NCBI GenBank assembly: GCA_037447605.1
Contig: CM074806.1
Span: 1-64,000 of the forward strand
Source of the DNA: Zygnema circumcarinatum SAG 698-1b
Lineage: Eukaryota > Plantae > Zygnematophyceae
Direction: 5' to 3'
DNA: 64,000 nucleotides
Part shown: positions 13,053 through 24,626 of the stretch, one piece after another
How the letters are laid out: every line of letters starts with the position of its first letter
Numbering within the stretch: position 1 is the first letter of the stretch
Notes under the pieces: model-generated
Database searches by the model: none
Told to the model about the DNA's origin: nothing
What the model saw: the letters and a program-made list of their open reading frames with translations, nothing else
Translations under genes and position numbers: made by a program

Positions 13053-13579
13053 GAGTACTATATACCGCCCCCATTTTGGTTATCCCGCCCCTGTTTTTTT
13101 AAATCCCACTCTCCCATTTTGGCTATTCCGCCCCCTCCCATTTCGGGATATCCCGCCCCCTACTTTGGACCTTCCCCCCTTGTTTTCTCCTTCTCAAACA
13201 TCAGCGCAACGTCCGTAAAGACATTTGCAAAGAGAGGGCAGAGCAGAGAAGAGAGGGAGAGAGAGAATGAGCAGAGGAGAGAGAGAGAGACTAAAGGAGA
13301 GAGCAGAGGAGAGAGAGAGAGCAGAGGAGTGAGAGCCGAGGAGAGAGAGTATAGAGGAGAGAGAGAGAGCAGAGGAGTGAGAGCAAAGGAGAGAGAGACT
13401 AGAGGAGAGAGCAGAGGAGAGCAAAGGAGCGAGAGAGAATGAGCAGAATCTCCTCCCGAAATATCCAAAATGGGGGGATAGCTTAAATGGGAGGGGGGCG
13501 GAATAGCCAAAATGGGAGAGTGGGATTTCAAAAAAACAGTGGCGGGATAACCAAAAGGGGGGGGGGGTATATAGTTCTC
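13053..13579. mobile_element. MITE-like element with ~90-bp terminal inverted repeats and a GA-rich core
   Basis: The left end gagtactatataccgcccccattttggttatcccgcc..aaatcccactctcccattttggctattccgccccc is the reverse complement of 13494-13579. No convincing TSD was found. Confidence 0.8.
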
Positions 13580-14440
13580 ATTACTTCAAAGTCTGACACC
13601 AACTGTGGCGATGATTGCAACCATTCGAAACAACGATGAGCAATCCTTGTCAATGATTCCAACCATTGTTTGCCAACCATTGACAATGGTGTCAACCACT
13701 GGCTACCAAACAACAGTCAACCATTGGCCAATCATCGGGTGATCTGATGATCCGACCTGGCATTGCATTCCAGTGTCCCATTATGACAACAAAATGGGAA
13801 AAGTCTGCTCGACGCGCTCACAGCGGCCCGCCGAGCAGTGCGCAGTGGGCAGCACCGAGAGCGGGAAGGCCGTTCAGGCGGGCACAAAGGCTGCAGCGGG
13901 AATGGGCCGGCCGAACATGAGCAACGGCCTCCCCCGTTCGAGAGCAAAGAACATGTGCGCCAGACACCGGCAGCTTCAGAAACAATGTGCACACTATGCA
14001 ATTAATATTGTATCCCGAGCCCACTTGCTACCCCTACTTATTTTCCCAAGGGATACTTTCTAACAGTCTACAATATTCGCTTGCTATCTTCAGCGCCACT
14101 GGGGACATAACACTTCAAACTAAACTACAGCTGCAACTGCAACTCTAATTTGCACCAGTTGCAGAGAAAGGCAAAAATGGACTCAGAATGGGGTTCCATT
14201 GTCCAAGCCAGGCAATACAGACGAGGGGGCGGGATCAGAACAGGGCCTCATCGGCTGTGTACCCATCCTAAATCCTGAGTCTGATAAACATCGACAATGC
14301 TTAGAACGCGCGGAGGCGCAGGATGGGAACAGTCTCCTGAAAGGGGCGAGTACAATGTCAGAGCTGACGCATCTCCACCATGCCCCTCGTTGCATCGTTC
14401 AACAGGCCAATAAGAATCACCAGTTCTGTGCCAGACAGCG

Positions 14441-17400
14441 TCAGCCCCACCGGAAGATAGCCGACGCCCAGGTGAGGCCGGCTCCGAAGCCTGCAGTGGC
14501 CACCACATGGCCGGGCTGCACCTTTCCGGCTCGAATGGCTTCATCCAGAGCCAAGGGGATCGACGCAGCACTTGTATTGCCATAGTTCTGCAAATTCGAT
14601 ATTACTCGCTCCGAAGGGATGGACATTTTTTCAGAGACTGCATCCAGGATTCGTTGATTTGCCTGCGAGGTACGACAACCAACTTAAACAAACACTTAGA
14701 TACAAATAGTGGGTCTAGTTGCAAATATCTGGTTGTCTTCCTGACATTTCAACAGTCAGAACTGGATTGTTTCCACGTGTACAACAACGGATAAGTTTTC
14801 GGTACATCTGCGTGACAGCCGTAGCCTGTATCTATTGCAGAAAATGCCGGTTTGGCACGAAATATCTACATTCTCCCAAAGAAAGCAAGCAAAGAATGGG
14901 TGAGCGAAAGAGAAGACTAACCTTGGAGAACACTTTCATTTATGGGGTTATGGGTTCAAGTCTGCAAGAGTTTGAAGCTGTGTAGGACTGACCTGGTGAA
15001 GCAAAAGCCAGTCCAAATCAGCAGGCGTAAGACCCGCTTCTTCCATGGCGGTGTCTACGACCTGTAAATCCCAATGGCGCCAAAAATCCCGCTGTCATCT
15101 CAGTGTGGAAGAAAACTCCGTTGAATGAAGAAATTAAACAGAAAATTCACGACCAAGCCCAGCTAGGACTGGGTTTCACCATTGTCCCACATTTCTTTTC
15201 GACGACAAGAACTCCAAGTTCCGATTACACCGGTTTGCATAGTTTTTCTTAAGGCTTATATCACCGAAATAGGAGATAACTACCCTCAAGAAATTCAAGA
15301 AGGAACCAACCTGTGGTACTGCTCTGACAGCAAATTTGAAGACTTCTTTCCCATTCATTTGAATGTAATTAGCGTTTGCTTTGCCGGGCAGCTGCAAGGC
15401 AGCCGCTCCGTTCCCTGCTACTGCTCCGTTGGATGTAGCGTTAACAGTTGCATGGAGATGCCTGTTTCGGCAGCCCAAAAAAAATACAAAATGGAAAAAG
15501 TACTTAGAGAACGAACCTACGATAAGCTGACCTTGCACCATGGCCACTTTGGGCCCCCTAGTTTAGTTTTTTGCATCTTGGGCCTTCTATGCCAAGCTCA
15601 ACAAAGGTTATCCGTGAAAAAATGCCTGCCTGTTGCCTTGGCCGTCACTTCGCATATCAAAGCCCAACAGTCCATCTTCTTCATCATCAGCAGCAGCCTG
15701 TTCACCCAAAATCCTCTCGCATCAAAATTTGACGTAGAGGAAGCTTTCAAAATGAACTCCACTAATCCGACCCAAGGGTTGATATTATCGTGGGATGCAT
15801 CTTAATGTTGACACTCCCATGAGAGACAGCGTCCTGAAAATAATTTCCTTCCAGCCTCCCCTTTCTGCTCACCCGTACAAGCACTGCCCCGCATCCATCC
15901 CCAAAGAGGATGCAGGTGCCTCTGTCTGTCCAGTCCACATATCTCGAGAGGGCGTCAGCCCCAATAACGAGCACGTTCTCAAAGCCACCCCCTGCCGAAA
16001 ACCCAAGCGCCAAGAGCAAGCAGATAAACATAGCAGAAAAGTGCATTGACGAGAAAACAAGAAAGAGCTCAAGACGTTGTGTCTAATCGCCTCAATTATA
16101 AACCTCAAATGGTTAGATGCAAATATTTTATAATGCTGTTGATTAAGTTACTTTACTCTATCCTCCTCCTCCTCGCCATACATCCCCTGCTGATGTACAT
16201 TGTGCCAGCCTCTGCATGTGGCTGATGTTGCATGAAATTGCCTCGTACTACGATTGGAAGCTAAATCACATAGACTTCTCACACTTGGTCATAGCATAAT
16301 GACACAAATCAAACGAAGCACATCTAATACCTACATCCACAAACTTCCAAAACTAAAGAGAAAAACACATCGTAAAGGGAGTCCGTGAATTGATTGTCCG
16401 ATCCACAGAGAGAGCAAGCGTGTTGGACCAATCATCTAAACAACATCCTCGAGTGTTCCAATTTCCAAAGCGCCTGAATACTACCTCGAATGAAGCGAGT
16501 AGCGGTCACCAACCCCATCACAAAGCCACTGCAAGCAGCAGTCAAATCAAAAGCAACAGCTCTTTTGCAACCAAGAGCCGCTTGAATCTGCAAATCAAAG
16601 AAAATAAAAAGAGAACATTCTAATTAGCCCCTCGGCTTGGTGGAAAATTCGTGCTCGTTTGGATAGTGCAAAATGTGCTCACGGTTGAGCCATTCTATGA
16701 GGGATTTTTGTCCATCACGCACAACAGATTGCACGTGATGAATGCGAAATTCTCTCCGCTAATCTCGTGTCTCCAGTATTCACCGATGGCTTAAACAATG
16801 TACTTTCATATAGAAATGGAAAACGCGAAAGACACTCTCAGAAGACATGGGAGGGGAAGTGAGACAGGGAGAGGGAGTGGAAGTGGCTGAGGGGCGGGGA
16901 CAAGAGGAAGGCATACGGAGAGGAGAGGGGGCAAGAAGTGAGAGGGACAAGCACAAGGAGTGGGAGGAGCGAGAGTAAAGGGGACAAAGAGAGAGAGGTC
17001 GAGAGGAGCAAGCGAAAAAGAGATGGGAAGGACAAGGTGGAGACATAGTATGGAGAGGAGAGCAAGATTGCCTACCATGCAAGCTCCACCAAAAATGTCT
17101 TCAGGAGTGGACGTGCAGAGAATAACAAGATCAACGTTCTCCGCATCCACTTTCCCCATCTCTAACGCTTTTTGGCACGCCTCTACTGCTAGGCCCGTTA
17201 AGCTTTCCTCGCCTGCACGGCCATAAGTGAACAACATGCTTCATCAGCACCATGCTTAATGCCCACCTTCAGATAACACTAAAGACTATAGCACACGTGC
17301 CACGTTGTGACCTGAAAGGTCTACGAGCAGTAATAAAAGAACCACTAATATTCCGGACATTTCCCGTGCGCAAATTTCACTATCGATGTCATTTTGAAAT

Positions 17401-18257
17401 AAGAGCAGAAAGGCGGGTCGCTCTTCATGTTCAGATGTCTGATCTCTCCATCAAACAAAAAGAAATCACTGTGAGAAAGATTGTTATCAACATTAAGATG
17501 GTGTTGCGAAAACTGGTACCGGACAAGATTCTCCTGTTTCGGATTCCAGTTCGAGTCGATATCCATTCGTCGTTAGTTTCAACAAGAGCTGAAAGTGCTT
17601 CATTACTGACCACTACGCTCGGAATAGCGGAGCCGGAGCCGATCAGACGTGAACCTCTCCCTACGCTCCTGCCATGTCACATCCTCTGAGCAAATAGAAT
17701 TAACTCATACATATACATTTTTTAACTTGCTGAATGGTGCTGCAACCATAAAGATAAGATGCTACGGGCAAATATTCTTTGAAGCACTCTGGACAGAGCT
17801 TGAATCACTGCCTTCAGAGGCCCAGGAAATTGAGAATGAATAACCAATATGAAGTGTCATGACTATTTTATTGCACTGTTCAGGTGCAACCACTGTTACC
17901 CTCTTTACTTTTTACTCACCGCTTGCCAGCAAGCTTCGCCACTGCTGGTCCAGCAGTGTCTGCAGCTACAGCAGCAGTGCAGATTCGAGTGAAACCCTGT
18001 AAAGAACATCTGCTTGCTCCCAAAACATCCTGCAGCTGTTTCAAGGAACTGCAAAACAAGTGGTTGATAACGCGCGATGAGAAGTGCGAACGCCTCTCTA
18101 TGCATGTCAGCCTCCTCTGCCTTCTGCTAAACACTGAAGAAACCGATGCTGCAGGAGAAGTGCTATTTGCAGCAGCGGCATAGCCATGGCTTTGAGAGGC
18201 AGAGCTCGAGGATGGTCTCCATAATGCAGCTCCGCACGCAGCTCCAATTCCAGCCAT
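14441..18257 (-). CDS. KASIII: 3-oxoacyl-ACP synthase III (KASIII/FabH), plastid-targeted, multi-exon
   Basis: Ser/Ala-rich transit peptide from ATG 18257. Segments [49 protein letters not shown] (catalytic Cys, ~16520), [40 protein letters not shown] (His), NYGNTSAAS (Asn) and [16 protein letters not shown]. Confidence 0.97.
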
Positions 18258-19058
18258 GGCTCACTTTTCCACCCAATTCCCCTCACTCCGTCTTTCTCTC
18301 CCCTCTCTCCCTCTTCCTCCGAGGAAATGAGGCGTAATGCGGTTAAAGCATCAGCTTCAGAGATGCAAGTCGATACAGAGAGCCTCTGTCTTGCTGAAAC
18401 GAGCTGCCTCTGCCCTGCCCTGCCTGCAAGCAAGCCCTGTTGCCAGAAGACTGGAAGCTGCAGTTTGCAAGATCAGCAACAGCAGCCCAGGGACCGCGCC
18501 ATGTTCGGCTTCCAAGAAACAGGCAGCCCGCACACACTCCAGCGTCCTTCTCTCCACACAGGCCAAATACAGCAAATACTCTGCTCCGTCAGGACCTGCC
18601 TTCCCTCCCTCGAGGGTTGGAAGCGCGGCCCCGCCCCAAGAACGGGGGCATGCCCCCTTCTCGTGCCCGTGACGTGACCACATAGAACAGTTAAAATCGG
18701 ACCAATTGTAGTACGGAAAATGTATGAAAAGTACAAAAAGGTACGGAAACTGTGTAACTAACAGTACGGATTGCGCGCGTGCCTCCCTCCGCCCGCAGGA
18801 GAGGGAGGGCCGCGGCACCCGTCACCGTCCCGGCCGGTACCGTGGTGCGCTCACGCAGGGGGCGCGGCGGAGGGGCACGGCTCGTACGGTTTTTCGTGCC
18901 CTGGGCATGCCCCCCCGTGCCCCCGTGCCTCCAACCGTACCTCCCTCCCCTGCTGCCGTACGGTACTCTCTGCGCGCAGTCCGAGGGCTACAGTGCAGGC
19001 TGCAAGCCTGCAGCCCACTGCCGCTGCTGCAGGCTGCTCCCTCCGCGCGATGTGATGT

Positions 19059-19262
19059 GATGTGCCGCACATCGATCGGCGACCTTCGCGGCTGCTTCGA
19101 GGGAGGGAGGGCTTGAAGCGGTGTTGAGCCTAGGCGTAGCTTTGCGCTCCTAGCTTTTTTCTTTTGTGCTTAGGTCCTCTGCGACCAATCCCTCGTGGTT
19201 CCACATGCACCTTTTGTCCATGTACATTTGATGGCCTCGCCATCGTGAGTTCAACGCCATTT
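19059..19262 (+). repeat. Dispersed ~200-bp repeat, copy 1
   Basis: Shares gatgtgcc.cacatc..gaccttcgcggctgcttc..cctaggcgtag..ctcgtggttccacatg..catgtacatttgatggcctcgccatcgtgagt with 51212-51390 and, inverted, with 32970-33100. Confidence 0.85.
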
Positions 19263-20262
19263 TCCCCTTCGCTGAGTGCTGACTGTGCGGCAAAAGGTCG
19301 AATTAACTGCCGTACAATTTCAAGGCGTTAGCCCGTAAAACAAGAGATGTTTGACTTTGTAAAGACTTCATGGTTTCTGTAAAGTAATCCTGACATTACA
19401 TTATGGGAATTCGACAAAGTCAAGGATTGCGGACTAACACGTGCCTCACAATGCACTGCATTGACTGGAGTGACGAATTTGTCACTGGCAAAAACCTCCT
19501 CAACCGGAAATGCTTGCGTTTATTGAACAGCAGCATCGGAAGAAAGAAAGACAAAAGATTTTGTAGCAGTTAACTACAGCCCGAAACAGAGACAAGAAGA
19601 GACAGCCAAGGGAGAAAGGAGAGCAGGACGGGAGGAAAAGGAGGTCATTTGGACCCTGACCACCCGGAGCAATCTGCCTTTTGCAGCTCATCGGAGCCCA
19701 ACACGACAATCTCCTCATTCGGACGGGGGGAGCTGATAGTAGTCGGGAGGGGAACAATGATATCAAATATTCCGAGCAGTGCCCAACTTATTGTTATGCC
19801 GCGTACGGCGACACCTACTATGGCTGCGAGTCCACTGTACAGTGGCTAAAGTCTACGTTTCGCCTGCTTCTATCAGGCAAAACCGGGCGAGTGAGTGACG
19901 CGCCCAGTCTCTAACTATGAATAGACAAGACAACTCGTTCCCCCAACAGTCCACAATTTGTGGCCTACAATTTGTGGCCTATATCTTCTGTAGGACAGGT
20001 GTAACGGTGACTAAACCTATCCAATTCCTGACTGCTTACAGCTGTACAGAGGTGTAAAGAAGTGTCACGCACTAAGTCCAATCGCAGAACCCACTAGAAG
20101 CCCCCGATTCCTGTATGCCCTAAACTCCTGACGAATGTCTTCAGCCCCGTTCACACCACATCGTTGGAGAAAAGGAATTCGTTGCAGCAGCTTCGTATGT
20201 TCGTATGTAAGCAAAAAATGGTACAGAGAGGACGAGAACTTCAGAAGTAGTGGGCCGTTGAG

Positions 20263-22744
20263 CTACCTGTAACGGGCGTCGTAGACGGCAAAAACGTTAT
20301 CGGCAAGTACTACTGGCAGCTTATCAATGTACAGAAAGAGGCGACGAAGGTTCTCCTTTTGGATAGTTTTGAGATCCACCACCTCATTCGTTTCCATAAA
20401 CACCCAAAGGTCCTCTGTTTTCACCCTCTTCATAGCATCTCGGCAGAATGGACAGGATGACGATCTAGTTTGCCTGCACATAACAACCGACACGAACACC
20501 ATAGGTGGTGATTGAGTGTAGGTCGGCCTTCAGCATTATGCAAACAGACCTCGTCAATTGAGGCTTTTTGGCCTCTAACAGAAAATTTGCTGCTCGGTCG
20601 TATCAAAGTCAAGGACCTGCTTAAGGTTGGAAGACTGGACTAATCCAACCACATAATTCGCGAACACTTGGTGAGACAATGAAGTGCCGCCTATACATGA
20701 ACGGCAACAAAATTGAGCGAATTTTCTCGATGTCTTCATTACTCTCTATCGTGCTGTGTCCAAGTGTTTAACACGCTAGCAAAGCAATGCACCAGATATC
20801 TGCAGTCTATTCCGAAAAAATCCAGAACGAGGTAGACAAAATCCAATTAAGTAAGTCGGATACAGCCAAAGCAAACAAACAAAGCAAAGGAAAGAATATT
20901 TTGACGACAAATCAGCACGTCATTAGAGATACAAGTGCAGTCAAAAGGAATCACAAACAATATCCACCGTCATATCAAGATGAGGAATGTGACTTCACCA
21001 GTCATTGAAGCATTTAATACACATGGCATGGACGCAGCCCGGCAACGCCACCCTTGGTTGATCCTCCATGCAGATGCCGCACTCTCTGTCAATCTCCCGC
21101 TGAGTTTCTCTCTCTCTCTCAGTCAAGCATCCATGTATCTGCCCTCCTTTTGGAAACCGCAGCTCGCAAATAGCCTTCTGCCGAGCAAGTTCAACATCTG
21201 AGAGACCGCCATGAAGCTGTCTAAGGGACGGGTATATGCAACCTGCAAACAATTACGCTTGATTGAAATCAACCGACTTCGGACGAGGAAAATCCTATGA
21301 TTCTCCACAACAAAATACTGAAAGCAGGGTTATCACCTGTGCCAACGGGCAGCCAAAGGGAGAATAGGCAGAAATTTCTAGAGTTTTGCTCTCGTGATGT
21401 ACATACAGGAAATAGTAGAAGTATCTTCTCCGAACAGATATCTCCCGATAATAACATACAAACCACAACATGACAGAACTGTAGCAAGAATGCCTCAATC
21501 TAGCACACGAAATAATTTAGGCAACAAGACATGTAAGAACCAAAACACCGCTCCCACTGACTAATCAAGAAGCACGCAGAGGATCCAGTTCCAGTTACGT
21601 CAGGAGCACGGATTGTTTGCTGGGGGTAGAATGGGAGCTCCCATGATCTCTCCGCTTTTTAGTTGGACAATTGTAAGAAGACTGACAGGAGCTGAAGGAG
21701 GAGGATGATGGAGGTGCATGATGAGCTGGTTTTCCTCACCGTAAAACTCACGAAGACTTGCACGTTTCTCATGCACAGTCATTGTGGTTGACCCATTCAT
21801 GTGTACCTGCTCACACAGTACAGATACATTAAAGGTACGGAAATCAGGGCTGCTTGGGTCAAATGCAGTCTGCAGACACAGCAATGCTTCAACGAAACAT
21901 TTAAGCAAAACAAATGCAGACATAACCTTTCCTACAGCCATATAAGTAAACGAAATGCCATGCTGAACCAATTAGCACCTAATCTTCAACATTCATGCTG
22001 GGTAGATAAGCAGCTCTTCTGTTTAAAAGTCGCTTCAGATAGCCATCTACACGGATCATGAAACCACCGATGTTCGTCCATAATGAAGCAGGAGTCTAGA
22101 CTGGCGGCAATTAGTGCAAGTTAGGAAAACGGACCTTGTAAATGAGAATGTGCATGAGACCAAGAGCCCCTGCTAGACTGCAGTCAGCCCAACGCGTAAG
22201 GAAGAGGAAAAAGGGAGCCGCAGGACTATAAGCGAGGCGTAATTGGAAATACACCCCGTCACATTCGCGAGGACACCAAGTTGCTCTGCAGTTCACACAA
22301 CCACAACGAGGTAAAGAACGCGAAAAAAATGGTCATCAATTATAAGCTTAACGGCAAACCACACTATAGGTTGGCTCGGAATGTCAGACTTCGACTAGTT
22401 CGCAATTCTCGATTTATTCGTTGAGTTGCTCAAATAGCCTTTGACGATGTGAGCATGCACAAGTGCATGTCCTTCACTCGCTGTCACGGTTTCAATTCAT
22501 CAGCAACCGAGAAGTAACGGTGTTGTACGGGAGCAGAGCAGATGGTAGCAACTTGCTTAAAAGAAACGAGAAACTTCTACCAGTAGCCTTACCAGAGATA
22601 AAGAGTCAGTCAACAAAAGAAAGAAGTTCTGAACTTCTACGGACGAGCTTGTGACCCTCATACTTACAGATTGTTTGCATGTTGAATGTCGGCTTCGAGG
22701 CTCTTGAGAGACTCTTTGAATGTCTTTTGCTGTCCCATTGCCAT
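20263..22744 (-). CDS. AIRP2: AIRP2-like C3HC4 RING E3 ubiquitin ligase
   Basis: Segments MAMGQQKTFKESLKSLEADIQHANNL, ECDGVYFQLRLAYSPAAPFFLFLTRWADCSLAGALG and VHEKRASLREFY. RING CGICMEDQPRVALPGCVHAMCIKCFNDW..SCPFCR. C-terminus ENLRRLFLYIDKLP..RYR*. Confidence 0.93.
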
Positions 22745-24626
22745 TTGCAGATAACACCTTTTACCTGCTTATGGCCTTCACAGTTCAGCGACAGTCCCGC
22801 CTTGGCTTTGCTGTTCACCTAAAACATCTACGTCTTCGGCCGTCAAGAAAGCACAAGCCTTCCAAACTCGCTAGCACTAACGTTTCCTGCAACAGAAGTG
22901 GGAGCAAGGAGCAGCCTCGCCTACCAGCGTTAGGAATCCACAAGATACTATTTCTCCAACCAGTCGAGTACCAGGCCTTGGAGTCTTTTCTGCAAGCTCT
23001 GCAAGCTTCTTTCGGGCGCTTGCTTGCTTTAAATGTCGGAACTTCTGAACGAACGTCCCTTTCCTGTCAACCAGAGACCGTCCAGGCCAGTCTTCTTGCT
23101 GAAAACAGCACAAGTGGTAGTTTCCCGGTCCCAGCAGGCGGTGCCCGCCGCAACTGCGGCCCCTCCTGCAGGCATCAATGCTCCTCCTCCTCCTCCTCCT
23201 CCTCCCACTGCAGGCAGTACAATACAGTGCAGTGCAGTCCAGTACCGCAAACGCGCACCCTCCCTCCCCAATTCCCCTCCCTCGCTCCCTCTTGCAGGGA
23301 GGGAGGGCCCGGGGAGGGCCGGGGCGGCGCCGCCCGCCACGTCATCCGGGACCCTCATCACATGGCCGACCGCACGCGCGCGCTCGGCCCTCAATCCAAC
23401 ATCGGTACATCGCACTCTCATTACAGCACGGTTCAAATGTACCAATTCTCGATCGGCAAAAGGACTCCGAAAGGCATGCGACTCGCCCTAGGCACGTCAA
23501 CCGCAATTTCCCGCGCTACGTGGAATGCGTATTCTTCAAGTATGATGTGGGTCGAAAGGGGTATCAAAAAAGGTACTGCCTCTACTCCGGCGAGGCGTGC
23601 CCTCGCGGGATTAGGTCGAGCCGTACATGCATGTCCCGTCAGCACGCACGCAAAATCAGTACAGCGGATCGCATTCAGTTCGTTGCGTTGCGCCGTACAG
23701 GTGCGTGACGCCTCGTTCGTACAACCCGCACGTCCAGCCGTACAGTGCGTCCGTCCGGTCCCAAGAAAGTGGGAGTGCGCCTCCCGACGCGTCGCGCCGT
23801 GATTGGTTCTAAAAGTCAAGATGGGCCCGCGAGGCCGACCAGCCCGGTGCTGCCGACCGTCCGATGGGCATCGGACGGTGCACATTGCGCACACTCTCGC
23901 GTGTCGTCGGCCAACTGACAAGACAAGATCCGTTGCCCCCACGAGTCCGATTGATCCCCATCGGACGGCGCACACGCCTCGCCTCGTCGCCCTGACCGAC
24001 CAACTGCGGCGGGACCGTCCGATGTAGTGCGGACCGCGGGCCGGTCCGAATCTTGTCGTGTAACTCGTGTTCCGAGTCTCCACTCTTGAGGCGGCCAGAT
24101 CTACCACCAAGGCCGGGTCCACACGCAGCTCATACGAGTTGATCCGTTGATGCCGGAGATATGCTTTGTGGCGATGGTGGATCTGGGTCCACTTCTTTCG
24201 ACGAGGACAGCGATGTTGAGCTGGCAGGATAACGAGACGGAGCGCACCGCTGTACGGAGAGTCTACCCCTACCGTACGACTAGGCACGGACAGGCGGCGG
24301 GCAGAAGGGAGCCGCCGGGTTGTTGGGACAGGCACGGGGGCAGGGCAGGGCAGGGCAGGGCAGGGCAGGGCAGGGCAGGGCAGGGCAGCGGGGGAGGGCG
24401 GCGCGCCCCCTCGGATTCATTCATTCACTCATTCACTCATTCATTGGTTGATTTCATTGGTTGATTGATTGGTTGCCGGCGGGCGCAGGCAGGCACGCAC
24501 GCACGCCCCTGTCTACAGGCCCCGCCCCGCCCCGCCCCGCCCCGCGCTCCTGCCTACGACTGCACGGGTGGGTTCCTGCCTTCTTGGTGCCACATGGAGA
24601 ACGGCACTGCTGCCACGTGTTGCGGT

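Noticed and set aside
19059-19262. Dispersed repeat as a tRNA-derived SINE or snoRNA
   Set aside because: A B-box-like GTTCAACGC is present in only one copy, at the 3' end after T-runs. No cloverleaf or C/D and H/ACA boxes are supportable.
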